Positions 33,092 to 43,827 of a DNA stretch of 64,000 nucleotides are shown here, in pieces. Source of the stretch: Naegleria gruberi. Its lineage: Eukaryota. The translations under genes and the position numbers were made by a program. Below the pieces are notes generated by a model. The model did no database searches. It was not told the DNA's origin and saw nothing but the letters and a program-made list of their open reading frames with translations. Numbering within the stretch: the stretch's first letter is position 1; every line of letters begins with the position of its first letter. The stretch is from the NCBI GenBank assembly GCA_000004985.1, contig GG738864.1; one strand, written 5' to 3'.

Positions 33092-33853
33092 TTAGAATCT
33101 AAATCTCTTTGTTGTTCTCACTCGTGAAATATATGGAATCCAGCCTTGAACCTTTGGATGTTCCATAATTGTTTCCAATGAGTGATACTTTTCAGCCATT
33201 TCGTCCAACGTTATGAATGTATGTACAGCATCGTGACATGGTCTACAAATAAGAATAACCTTATTTAAATGTTCCTTAGAATATTGACCTCTTTTGAGGA
33301 ATTTTCTATGTGTCCATCTTGGAATCAAGTGATGTCTTGTCAATTTCATTTCTCTTTCACACATTACACAACAACCATCCTCAACATAGGCACCATCATC
33401 ATCGTCAGAATCAATTACAATACCATAATCTTCATATTTACATAATCTCAAATTTTGTAAATGTTCTTGAATTTCATTACAAATTGATTGAACTTCCTTT
33501 TCATCATCTAGAGCCAAATCATAATTTATCAAATGTTCCGACAAGATGTTTGTAATTAGTGTTAAACTCTTTTGTTTCTTTTCACCTTTAGTATTAGAAA
33601 TGGCAGAGAATGCCAATGTATGATTAGAAGCCTTGTTTTCACCTTTAGTTGGCAATGTTTCATCAACAGCACCACTTTGTAAAAGTACATTTAAATTATC
33701 TTGTAATAATTCACCTAGTAAATGTTCCAGAATGTCCTCATCCTCTATCAATTGTGGTAGAGCCTTCATCAGAGCCTTCTTTACACATGTTTCAATTTGT
33801 TCATCGGAGAGTTGATCAAAGGTTACGAGTGGAGTTTCTTCGTTTTGAGACAT
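33092..33853 (-). CDS. HNH-nuclease-motif protein, 253 aa
   Basis: C-terminal CVMCEREMKLTRHHLIPR...H...LICRPCHDAVH fits the HNH layout (CxxC...HH...CxxCH..H). Acidic N-terminal half. Confidence 0.5.
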   Translation of the reverse strand: MSQNEETPLVTFDQLSDEQIETCVKKALMKALPQLIEDEDILEHLLGELLQDNLNVLLQSGAVDETLPTKGENKASNHTLAFSAISNTKGEKKQKSLTLITNILSEHLINYDLALDDEKEVQSICNEIQEHLQNLRLCKYEDYGIVIDSDDDDGAYVEDGCCVMCEREMKLTRHHLIPRWTHRKFLKRGQYSKEHLNKVILICRPCHDAVHTFITLDEMAEKYHSLETIMEHPKVQGWIPYISRVRTTKRFRF

Positions 33854-34649
33854 TTTATTGTTATTTTGATGTTGCTGAGAGGTTGCTCATTTGATGATTT
33901 AAATAGATTGATATCAATTATGAAGAACATGCTGATTATCAGAGAGAGTTATTTCTAGAGTTGAACTTGCGGAATGAAGGTTCCGTGTTCGTTTTTCAAT
34001 TTGAATTGTGTAAGCAACAGCACATTACTAGTTAATAGAATATACCACCTCAAAATATGTTGCACTGAGGAATCAAAGATCCAACCTTGTGGAAAGCCTT
34101 TCTAATTGGCTATTCTAGCATTAATTTTGAAACAAACTAATTGGAAATGTGAAAGATTCTATTGTTCCAACTGTGAAACTAGGACAACTTACTAGCAAAG
34201 AAGCAAGAATAAGATGACATTGTATTGGAAGTCAATGTGATTAAGGGTGAAGTCTCAAAAGAAATCGAATTAAATCTCTCGATAACTAACTAAACTTTCT
34301 CCAATCAGTTGCCAATTTTCAAATTGTGAATAGGTACACAACAACTAGGACAACATTGATAAGCTCGGCCAATATTACAATGTCGGATTCGAGAAGTACA
34401 ATGTCTTCTAACTCTACTGCAAAGTATATTGACAAGTTAATTTAAAGAATTGATGACAATAATTATTAAAGACAATTACCCTCATGTTGTGTATTCTTTT
34501 TAACGTCAAAAATTCTCCAAATGGTATCTAGATAATTTTCATCATCACGATGAAGAAATAATAAACAATAATATTTAAATATCAAAGGACCCTGTTGGTG
34601 TGTGGATATTGTATATCCCAGAAATTTATTGGGTAAAAAAGCAGTTAAA

Positions 34650-34975
34650 TTATTGGACATCTTCTCTGAATGACTTCCAATCGACCTTGTAAACAGATCC
34701 GGAGGCAGTGTTATAATCGATTTCATATGGTGGCTTCAAACCTCTGTGTTTACTTTCCAAATACTATTGATATTAGTAAATACAACAACAAATAAATTTT
34801 AAATAATACATACGGAAGCATACTTGTTCTTATTCATGTGATAGTTGAAGTGATAGGCTTCATAGATACCCCAAACCAAAACTACTTCAGTGACAAGACC
34901 AATGAAGATTGGCTTCTTCCACTTCAAGAATAAGTCCTTAGCAACACCGTGAAAATGCATCTTAGCTCCAGTCAT
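34650..34975 (-). CDS. Small single-TM protein (91 aa), possibly a mitochondrial respiratory-complex accessory subunit. Exons 34975-34814 and 34763-34650, intron 34764-34813 (GTATGT..CAATAG, 50 nt)
   Basis: MTGAKMHFHGVAKDLFLKWKKPIFIGLVTEVVLVWGIYEAYHFNYHMNKNKYAS|YLESKHRGLKPPYEIDYNTASGSVYKVDWKSFREDVQ. The listed 34466..34726 ORF is an out-of-frame read-through of this locus. Confidence 0.45.
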
Positions 34976-35433
34976 TTTTTATTATTTTTTTTTAAGTTTG
35001 CCTTCTGTTGCTTTTGCGACTATTATGGACATTTTTCGAGTTAACTCTTACAATTGCAAAATGGCGCTCAAGATGGTAAAACAAATAGATCCACAGCAGG
35101 CTCTCAAAGAAAAAGTTGGCAGTTTGTTGTTGAGGTGTTGTTTATGAGATGCGTTATCCACTCACTTTAAAAGATGAATAGACTTCATCACGGGTTTTTA
35201 TTTTCAAGATATTTTAAATGAGTAATTTAGATTGGATGTTGACACAAACAGAATGAATCTATGCAATTTTTGACAAGGAATTCAATAAGTCTATTTGAAA
35301 TGCAACCAAGACCAAAAATTGAATGACACCACAATCTCTTCAAAGAAAAACTACTAAACAAGATCAAAGATCAATACTAAAAACATGCCAATTCCAATAC
35401 CAAATATTTCATCCAAATCTTTGAACAAAAAAA

Positions 35434-36585
35434 ATGAAACCACAAAATACTGAGAATGATATTTTATTTGACAAGACATTAAAGTTTACTCCCGATATTG
35501 AAAATTATAAACCATACACCAAGAATCAGGCAAATTCAACATCACTCTCAGAGAAATCAACATTATCAAATATTTGTGTGATTAGTGTGATTTCGAAAGA
35601 GCATACAATTCCGAATAATAATTCACAAACAATTAAACAAGTCACAATTCCTCAAAAACCAATGAATATGAATAATGAAGTATTATTTGATTTGGATAAT
35701 TTATCTTTTATTCCAGACATGGAAAATTATTTACCATATTCAAAAGGGTTAATGTATAGAATGGGAAGTAAATTATTCGGAGGAATGACAGAATTTGCTA
35801 AAAATCATTACACTGCTAATATTGCAAAATACTGGGAAAAGTTTTTCAAAAAGAATAATGATAAATTCTTTAAAAACAGACAGTGGATGTTGAGAGAATA
35901 TCTCCAATTGAAGGATGCTATTGAAAAGAATGAAACATTTACTTTTTGTGAAATTGGATGTGGATGTGGTAACACAATTAATGGAATTTTATCCAATGTA
36001 AAGTCAATTAATGAAAATTTTGATGCAGCTAAACAGATGGAAATTTATGGATTTGACTGCTCATCTCATGCAGTGGAACTTTTGAAAGAAACTTATAAGG
36101 AGCATGAAAATATTCACCTCTTTGTTCATGACTTGTTGGAAAAGAAGAGTATCTTGGAAAGTGAGGCAACCAGTGCAAGACACACACCTCCTCCACCTCA
36201 TTTCATTCAATATTCGACAATGATATATGTATTGAGTGCATTCAGTTCACTAGAAGATATGAAATACATGCTCAATGTAAAGATTCACGAGTTACTCTCA
36301 AAGGGAGGTATTTTGTTTTTACGTGACTATGCTGTTGAGGATTTAGCTCACAAGAGATACCTAGAAGAGAAGGACATTTACACAAAACAATTGAGTGAAA
36401 CTTGTTTTGTAAGAGGAGATGGAACTTTGGTTTACTTTTTCTCAATTCCTGAACTGACCTCGCTCTTTGATACAGAAAAGTATGACGTACTGTCATGTGA
36501 ATATATCTATAAGGTGGTTGAAAATAGAGGAGAAAGCTTGACAATGAATAGAAAATTTATACAAATCGTTTGCAGGGCTAAATAA
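35434..36585 (+). CDS. SAM-dependent methyltransferase of the METTL2/METTL6/Trm140 family (tRNA m3C-type), 383 aa
   Basis: ANIAKYWEKFFKKNNDKFFKNRQWMLREY...FCEIGCGCGNTINGIL...LFLRDYAVEDLAHKRY matches the METTL2/Trm140 fold. Duplicated N-terminal motif LFD..L.F.PD.ENY.PY.K. Confidence 0.7.
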   Translation: MKPQNTENDILFDKTLKFTPDIENYKPYTKNQANSTSLSEKSTLSNICVISVISKEHTIPNNNSQTIKQVTIPQKPMNMNNEVLFDLDNLSFIPDMENYLPYSKGLMYRMGSKLFGGMTEFAKNHYTANIAKYWEKFFKKNNDKFFKNRQWMLREYLQLKDAIEKNETFTFCEIGCGCGNTINGILSNVKSINENFDAAKQMEIYGFDCSSHAVELLKETYKEHENIHLFVHDLLEKKSILESEATSARHTPPPPHFIQYSTMIYVLSAFSSLEDMKYMLNVKIHELLSKGGILFLRDYAVEDLAHKRYLEEKDIYTKQLSETCFVRGDGTLVYFFSIPELTSLFDTEKYDVLSCEYIYKVVENRGESLTMNRKFIQIVCRAK

Positions 36586-36586
36586 A

Positions 36587-37054
36587 TTATTGTTGTTGTT
36601 GAGCAGCAGGTCCGAAATAATTCATCAACAATCCCATAACTGAAAACATGATAGTTGTAACAGTTTGTTTGAAATCCATTTCAGAATATTTCAAATTACA
36701 CAATCCACTCACGCAGAACAAGGCTCCCAACCATGAAATATATTTCATCTTTAACATTAAACCCATCACACCACAAAATAATGATAACATTGAAGGAATA
36801 TCTGTTGGAGCCTCTTCTTCAGGTATATCATCAGGATACATAAATTCCTTTTCTTCATGTGCTGCCGATCTTCTTGTTCCGTTCGATGGAATAATTTTAT
36901 TTTGTGTTGTTGTAGATGGTGATATAGCAGCTGTGGTTGTGGTTGTTGTTGTGGATGGTGATGTAGTAGTGGTAGATACTTCTTCCGATGATGATGAAGC
37001 AACAGGTGTACTGTTCTCCTCCAAAGAAATTGTTTCCTCGTTTGATGATGACAT
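36587..37054 (-). CDS. Asterix / UPF0139 (WDR83OS, PAT-complex) homologue with a Thr-rich N-terminal extension, 155 aa
   Basis: C-terminal SMLSLFCGVMGLMLKMKYISWLGALFCVSGLCNLKYSEMDFKQTVTTIMFSVMGLLMNYF aligns with metazoan Asterix ([59 protein letters not shown]). Its stop is 1 nt from the converging methyltransferase stop. Confidence 0.7.
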   Translation of the reverse strand: MSSSNEETISLEENSTPVASSSSEEVSTTTTSPSTTTTTTTAAISPSTTTQNKIIPSNGTRRSAAHEEKEFMYPDDIPEEEAPTDIPSMLSLFCGVMGLMLKMKYISWLGALFCVSGLCNLKYSEMDFKQTVTTIMFSVMGLLMNYFGPAAQQQQ

Positions 37055-37236
37055 TTTTTATTCGGTTTTTTAAAGATTTTCAATATTATTTATTCTTCTC
37101 GACTTGTCAGCTTGTGATGAAAGGCTTTAGAGTTGATACTGCTCTATTGGCTTGAAGCAGTATGTGTCCATTTAATTGTTTTCTAATATCGTGTTGTTTC
37201 TTACCATTCAATTAAAAAGTTATTTAATTTAAAAAA

Positions 37237-37516
37237 ATGAGAGTGTTTACAGGTTTGATGATTGCCGCTGTTATTGGACCAGCTGTCTTTTTGTTGGAAG
37301 ATACCGGAAGAGCTTTTATTGATTGGAGAGATGCTAGAGTACGTATTATTTGCAATACGTTTTATTGATTGGAATTTTTAATTATTGTTATTATTTTGAT
37401 GATGATTTTTAATATAATAGAAAGCCAGTCAAGTTGCTGAAATGAAGAAATATCAAGCTGATTTGGCTGTATGGGAAGAAAATGTTAGGAATATTGCTGA
37501 AAAGTACCAAAAGTAA
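37237..37516 (+). CDS. Small single-TM protein (65 aa). Exons 37237-37338 and 37421-37516, intron 37339-37420 (GTACGT..AATAG)
   Basis: MRVFTGLMIAAVIGPAVFLLEDTGRAFIDWRDAR|KASQVAEMKKYQADLAVWEENVRNIAEKYQK. Canonical splice signals. No family recognised. Confidence 0.45.
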
Positions 37517-37658
37517 ACGGATAAAACCATTGTACTTTTGATAAAACAACATATAATCGCGATTTAGGACCTTTAATAAAACAAAAACTATTTAATTATA
37601 ATTTATAATACAATGTAGTATTAGTCTGTAGAATCCAATACCAATTAATTAATATTAT

Positions 37659-39355
37659 TTGATGATGAAAACTTTATTAACAACAATAATTATAAAAATG
37701 TCATCATCAGCATCTCCTCAACCACAACCACAACAAGTGAGCAATAACAACTCCGTGCTGGTGATTCAACTCTCATCTTATGGTATACGGTATGATTGGA
37801 ATGATTTAGAGTCGACAGAGCCAAAAACTCTCATCAATTGTATGGCCATTCCAAAACACATTATTCAGTCCTTTGCCAAGCCTTCCCAATCACACCCGAC
37901 AACAACAATAGACGATCATGAGGATGATGAGGTTCCTCTACCGTCCTCTTCATCATCAACTTTAAAGGATCAAACAAAACATTCCTTCCTAAGTTCTACT
38001 TGTGAAAAACAAGTCATGTCAATTAGAGGTAAAATTCTAGTGGATAGAAAAGTACTGCCAGAAAATAGGATTGAAACTGATAATTATTTGGAACCAGTGA
38101 CAATGGAAAATAGTAGTACAATCAAACAGAAATATACCTCTCAAGAATATGAATTATCGAGTTTTCTAGTTGGTAAACAAGCCATTGATACAAAGAGAAT
38201 TTATCCAAATGATTTTGTATTATATTTTCCAATCAAGTATGGATTGTTAAATTGTGATTTGACTGGTTATGGACATATTGATGAAAATGTTGCTTTGGAA
38301 ATTCAAATTAATTTGTTATCAAGATGTATTGAAGAATTAATTCAAACATCATCTAGTACTAGCTTTTCTTTATTGATGATTTTCAGTGATACATTCCTAT
38401 CACAACAATTGAAACATTTAAAGAGAATTATTGAGGATTTATTAACTCAATTTACAAATATCGAGAATATTTCCATTCAAAAGGATAGTGTAATGTCACT
38501 TTATGGAAGTGGAATCTCTCATCAACAGAATGAGCTCTATACTGTAGATATGGGTCTGACAAAGACATCTATTTATGCCTATCAACCAAATGGAAGATTG
38601 GCAAGTGTAATTCATTATCCATATGGAGGATATGATGTATATCATTTAATTATGGAATATTACAAATGTCAAAATTCAATCACAAGATAGATATTTTCAC
38701 AAATTTAGTCGAGTATGATGAAAATGTTAGAAAGTATTGTTTGACACTCAAATCAAACACTCACCAAGAAACAGTTCAGCATTTACACAATATTTATTTG
38801 GAAGACACTCAAGAATTTGCTTCATCGATATCAGTTTCAACAGATGTTTTCTACATTGCCAGTAATTTATATTTCAATACCAAGTTATTGCCCTCTCCAA
38901 AGAAGAAACTCTACTCTCTATTGAATCCAACACAACAATCCAAGATTGCATCCATTGAAAAATACCTTTCAAAGATTTTCAAAGGAGGAACAGGTAGTGT
39001 CACCATTTGTTTAACAGGTGGATTTTCAAATATTCAATTCTTCCCAGAACACTTGAAGGAAATGCTTAAAAAGAAGAGAATCAAGATATTAATTTCGAAT
39101 GAAAGAGACAAATTAGTTCCATCCCATTGCACCACATGGAAAGGAGGAGTAATTATTACACACATTATGAATCCTGACAATTATCAATATGAAGAGGATG
39201 ATTCCACATCCAATGCCTCCAATACTGACAAATCCAATCTCACCAACAAGTTATTCTTCCACAGAAATGAACTATTCCAGCACTCTTCTCAATCTTTGGC
39301 ATCAAACATTCCAAAATTTGTCAATAGTTCCATTCTCTTAGAAAGAACTCTCTAA
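37659..39355 (+). CDS. Divergent actin-fold (actin-related protein-like) protein. Exons 37659-38636 and 38687-39355, proposed intron 38637-38686 (GTATAT..CACAAG, 50 nt)
   Basis: Actin-fold motifs VLVIQLSSYGIRY, TVDMGLTKTSIYAYQPNG, ICLTGGFSNIQFFPEHLKEML. The 37659..38690 and 38666..39355 ORFs are in different frames; the 50-nt intron joins them in phase 0. A frameshift is the alternative. Confidence 0.5.
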
Positions 39356-39547
39356 TTTTTTACACAATTTCTTTTTTTGAACTGTTCATAATTTATAATA
39401 CTTTACACAGGTTGTGTGAAGCTACAGTGATCTAAATTCATCTAGTACAATAATAATAGTATCAGTGTGATATTATTCAATAATTTATAAAATTCAATAT
39501 AATTTAAAACATAAAATATTTGAACAATTTGAATTTCAATAAAAAAA

Positions 39548-40681
39548 ATGAGCAACAATAATTATCAACTCGGCGATTTGTCCAAACTCTTCGGATCATC
39601 AACAACAACAGAGGAATCAGAAAGTAAAGCATTGTGGGTTACAAAAGCACAAGCTAAAACTGATGATAATGATGAATTAATAACAAAATTGAAGAAGGAA
39701 AAGGAATCGAGCGATGATAAACCAAAGAGACAAAGAAAGGAAAAGAGAGAAAAGAAGAAGGAAAATAAAAAGGACAAAAAGCAAGTAAATAACAAGAGAA
39801 AGGCTAAAGAAGAATCCGATGGTGAATCAGATGATGAAGATAAACAAGAAGCTAAGAAATCTAAATATGAAGCCAAAGATGGTGAATTAGATGAAAAAGA
39901 TGATGACGATAAGAATGATGAAGAAACAAATGATAAGAATAATGATGAAGATATTTTCAAATCAGTTCCAAAGAGAAAGAAACAAAACAGATCAGAAAAG
40001 AGAACTAATAATGAAGAAAAAAAGAAGGAAGAAGAAAAGACAATATTCATTTCAAACTTCCCAATTCCACTTGAAGATAAGAATTTAAAGAAATCGAAGA
40101 AATTAGTGACAAAATTGTTCTCTGTTTATGGTGAAATTGAAAGTATAAGATTTAGATCATTGGGATTTGAAAAATCTAAAATTCCAACAAGAAAAGGTCA
40201 CTTGGCTGCTGGATTGAGAACGAAAGATTATGGTACTGTATATGTTCACTTTTCTGAAATGACTGCTGAAATGTCAAAGATTATTTCTGATCTTAATGGA
40301 AAGGTTTTGCACGGAAGACACTTGAATGTTGATACTGCATCTCATAAGGAAACATCAAAGGACGAAAACGATTCATCTATTTTCATTCAAAACTTGCCTT
40401 TTGAAATTGATGATGAAGAGGTTTGGGAAACAATAGGATCAGAACATGAAATTGTCAGAGTTCGTATTGTTAGAGATCCAATTTCAGGTAAATGCAAAGG
40501 ATTCGGTTATGTTCAACTCAAGGATAAGGAAACTGTCGAAGAAATTTTGAAGAGTATTAAATCAAGAAAAGCCCACGTTATTCAAGGAAGAAAGATTGAA
40601 ATTTTAAGGTGTAAACAATCTACTCCAAAGACTCCAAAGACTCCAAAAACTCCAAAAGCTCCAAAAGCTTCATCCAAGTAA
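39548..40681 (+). CDS. Lys/Glu-rich nucleolar-type RNA-binding protein with two RRMs (Nop12/RBM34-like), C-terminal (KTP)n repeats, 377 aa
   Basis: RRM1 IFISNFP...VYGEIESIRFRS and RRM2 IFIQNLPFEIDDEEVWETIG...KGFGYVQLKD. Highly basic/acidic N-terminus. Tail TPKTPKTPKTPKAPKA. Confidence 0.65.
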   Translation: MSNNNYQLGDLSKLFGSSTTTEESESKALWVTKAQAKTDDNDELITKLKKEKESSDDKPKRQRKEKREKKKENKKDKKQVNNKRKAKEESDGESDDEDKQEAKKSKYEAKDGELDEKDDDDKNDEETNDKNNDEDIFKSVPKRKKQNRSEKRTNNEEKKKEEEKTIFISNFPIPLEDKNLKKSKKLVTKLFSVYGEIESIRFRSLGFEKSKIPTRKGHLAAGLRTKDYGTVYVHFSEMTAEMSKIISDLNGKVLHGRHLNVDTASHKETSKDENDSSIFIQNLPFEIDDEEVWETIGSEHEIVRVRIVRDPISGKCKGFGYVQLKDKETVEEILKSIKSRKAHVIQGRKIEILRCKQSTPKTPKTPKTPKAPKASSK

Positions 40682-40708
40682 ATATTCTATTCATTTACAA
40701 CTTTGTAA

Positions 40709-42348
40709 TTACGCCTCAATTGGAAAGGTATGAAAACGCTTTGGTATCATTGCATTGCCATAAGCAGTTTCATTTCTTAATATTTTCCAAGTGTTCAAGT
40801 TATCCGACATTAACTCATTCATAAAACCATTTTGAATAATAGCAGTTCTGAAATAGCTCACAAGGTAATCCTCTTTGCTTCGTCTAATTGCTAATCCTCT
40901 TAAACATAGCCCATTCACTTTCAAAAGACTAACACAAAAATCAACATCCTGTTTCAGCTCTTCATCAATAAATAGAGTACAGAGAGGATTTTCCATGCTT
41001 GCTTGAAAAACAAAATCTCTGTCTTTCTTAAGTGATTCATCAACGTAATTCATTATTTCATGATCTTGTTTTAAAAGTGGAAGAATAAAGGATTTGTCTG
41101 TTTTGAATTCTTGGGGCATGAAATAGAGAAGAGATGGAAATGAATTCATTAAGAGTTGAGAGTTGAAATCTCTGTCACTTTTAAGTCTACCAGATGCGTG
41201 CCTAAAAGCAAAAGTGTTTTGAAGCATTGCTATTTCAAGAGTTTCTAAATCATCCCTCAAATGTTCAGAAGCATATTCCAGTTGATGTCCATTTTTAAGT
41301 ACGCAAGCTTGTACAATTTCCTATCTGGTAGACTTATCAGGAGAAGCTCGTTGGATTCAGCTAATTTCAGAATGTCCTCTCTATCCATAAATACTGGAGT
41401 CTCCAGAGAATTGGAATGGGTTATTAGTTGGTACTTTGCAAAATATAGATCCGATTTCAATTGATCTGATGCAAATCTGAATGCTCCATTACAGTTCTGT
41501 ACTGCCTTCTCCACAACTTCTCTTTTTCAATATGAATTTTAATTGAAAAATCAAGCTTACCTATCATTTCTCAAACGGTAAGATGCATGTTCTAATTCCA
41601 TACCATATTTGCTAACAACATTCAATACTAACTCTTTGTCATCTTTCCACTCTTCTGGTGCATAAGCTAACGGGAAAAAATTATTGAGCTCTTTTCTCAC
41701 TCTTTTTAAAAATTCCACATTTTCAGTTAATGATTTAGAGGCATATGTTATCACAAAAGGTGATTGCTTAATAGCATCCATAACAAAATCAGGATCCTCT
41801 CTTAATTGCATAGAAGCCTTTTCCAAATAATTGGCATCTATTTGTATCAATCGTTTCATAAATTTTTGTTTCCTTTTCAAATTACAGAATCTAATAGCTG
41901 TATGTTTCTCTTCCAATGCCCATTCAAAAAACCGATCCGTTTCTAACACTTTCGTTGAAGTATATAAAAGAATTTTAACATTAACTCTAGCCAACCTTAT
42001 CACAAATTCCACATTATTCTGCAAATGTTTCTTCAGGTGAGGAATTGAATAAACTATTGATCTGAAATTTGGTGGAAAATTCTCTATCAATCTCATCATG
42101 AATTTTTCAATCACTTCCAAATCATTCATAAATTCAATCGGAATAAAAGAATGTTGTCCATATTGATTAAAAGCAATGGATGGAATTTTGTATAGCAGAA
42201 AATTCATTCTCTCCGATAACCACTTGGCCAATCCTCTACATTCTCTTCTGTATTTTCCCTTGAATATTTGGTAGAGGAAATTGTTATTTTCTTGAGAAAA
42301 GTCTTTGAGGATGAATGTAATGGGAAGGCTCGGATCAAGTTGTTTCAT
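40709..42348 (-). CDS. DUF4116-repeat protein, disrupted as sequenced. Exon 42348-41561, 39-nt intron 41522-41560 (GTAAGC..AAAAAG), exon 41521-~41295, then a +1 frameshift at a T5/A5 run near 41292-41296 before the rest of the ORF to 40709
   Basis: Repeated ~40-aa motif (LEYASEHLRDDLETLEIAMLQN; AFRFASDQLKSDLYF; AFRHASGRLKSDRDFNSQLL; ITYASKSLTENVEF; ELEHASYRLRNDREVVEKAVQNCNG) characteristic of DUF4116. Three consecutive six-frame ORFs; the splice is phase-consistent. The frameshift may be a homopolymer sequencing error or a pseudogene lesion. Confidence 0.5.
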
Positions 42349-42387
42349 TTTTTTTTATTGTAAACTTTCGAGTTAAAGATTGGCAAG

Positions 42388-43827
42388 TTATTCTTCTATT
42401 CCAACCAAGTAGTACCTTAAAGAACCACTGTCTGTTGCAGTGCAGTGAAATGCATCAATAATTGGAAGTTTTTCAAGAAGTGAATCAATTACAAATTCTA
42501 TAAAAGAGATGACTGAATCGAATTGGCTGTCAATTTTCAATTCGTTTAAACTCTTATCTCCCTTTCCCCAAACCACTGTATCGTATGTTCCATAGGCTAT
42601 TCCACTTAACCCATAATATTTCTTTGTTTTAGGATCAATGATGGAAAATGAATGTTCACCTTCGTATCCATCACATCCATAGTAGAACACTTCCTTAACT
42701 TCTAATTCACATTTGTAAATATCATTATTTAAACGCATGTCGAATGTTGTCTGGATAAAGTGCATGTCTTTCCTGAATGCGTTTGAATAGGCAGCTCCTT
42801 TGACATTTGTAATATCAAATAGTGAACCCTCATCTTGGTTAAAATTATTCAAACAATTGGAATACATATTGGAAACTACTCTTTCCATTATTGATACAGG
42901 TTCGTTCAATTTTTTAACATTTTCAAGAGGTTTTTGAATTAGTCTTTCCCTCAAATCATCCGAATATTTGAATTTAAGCGCATGATTGCAGACCTGATCT
43001 CTTAAAGTCAATTTTGGTTCAGAGGTAAGTTCATGCTTTGGAAAATCAAGGAAAATGCGTAATAACTTAAAGCAGAACGAATCCCCTCTGAATCGTTCCT
43101 CTAAAAGTAAAGAACCAACATAATTAAAGAACGTTGGATTTTGCCAATACTCTACCTCTTGATAAAGTCCAGATTCCTCTCCATCAAGTTGATGAACAAG
43201 AATGTTGTTTACACTTGGGTCAATATTCAGCAAATTCCAATCAAATGTTGGATCTTCATTTTGTTCAACAGTTATATAGACAAGCTCATCCTCTGTATTC
43301 GATAAATGTATGTGTATTCTAATTTTGATACCTTCCTTAATATGAATCATTAATTCAATATGGGAGCCATCATCGACCCAACCAACAGATGAAGAGATCA
43401 CAGTCATTGTTGGATACTTGTCAACCACTAAAGGATTTGGTGTATCACTAAAAAAGCCAGGCTCTTTAGAAGCCAGAGTCAATGAATACAGCTTTCCATC
43501 AATCCACTTCTTTAAACTCACGTACAACTCATCATTTCTCTCAGTGCTTAAACATTCCACACAATAATCCATCAAATTTTTGACAGCATAAAAAGAGGGA
43601 ACCCTCCGTGATCCTACAATTTCATTCCAAGTTGTATTAACAAGTCTACAATTCAACAATTCTTCAATGGTCATATAATTCATGATATAACCGAGACTAT
43701 CATAATCTAAATTTGCTAAATGATTTATTTTCAAGCCAAATGATGAGCCTCCTCCTTCAATCTTGCTTCTCTTCTCATCACTTGCATCAGATGGCGAAAG
43801 AGATTCCGAATCAAAGTGTCGTTTCAT
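42388..43827 (-). CDS. F-box domain protein, 479 aa
   Basis: N-terminal F-box-like LDYDSLGYIMNYMTIEELLNCRLVNTTWNEIV. The rest is unassigned. Confidence 0.5.
   Translation of the reverse strand: MKRHFDSESLSPSDASDEKRSKIEGGGSSFGLKINHLANLDYDSLGYIMNYMTIEELLNCRLVNTTWNEIVGSRRVPSFYAVKNLMDYCVECLSTERNDELYVSLKKWIDGKLYSLTLASKEPGFFSDTPNPLVVDKYPTMTVISSSVGWVDDGSHIELMIHIKEGIKIRIHIHLSNTEDELVYITVEQNEDPTFDWNLLNIDPSVNNILVHQLDGEESGLYQEVEYWQNPTFFNYVGSLLLEERFRGDSFCFKLLRIFLDFPKHELTSEPKLTLRDQVCNHALKFKYSDDLRERLIQKPLENVKKLNEPVSIMERVVSNMYSNCLNNFNQDEGSLFDITNVKGAAYSNAFRKDMHFIQTTFDMRLNNDIYKCELEVKEVFYYGCDGYEGEHSFSIIDPKTKKYYGLSGIAYGTYDTVVWGKGDKSLNELKIDSQFDSVISFIEFVIDSLLEKLPIIDAFHCTATDSGSLRYYLVGIEE

Noticed and set aside
34466-34726. 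86-aa minus-strand ORF (MKSIITLPPDLF...)
   Set aside because: It is out of frame with, and overlaps, the better-supported two-exon small gene (34975-34650), whose spliced product is a coherent TM protein ending at a TAA. It is treated as a spurious read-through frame.
41257-41320. Programmed +1 ribosomal frameshift in the DUF4116 gene
   Set aside because: The site is a simple A5/T5 homopolymer without a recognisable slippery heptamer plus stimulatory structure. A sequencing indel or pseudogene lesion is more parsimonious, but it is reported as a finding to be checked.
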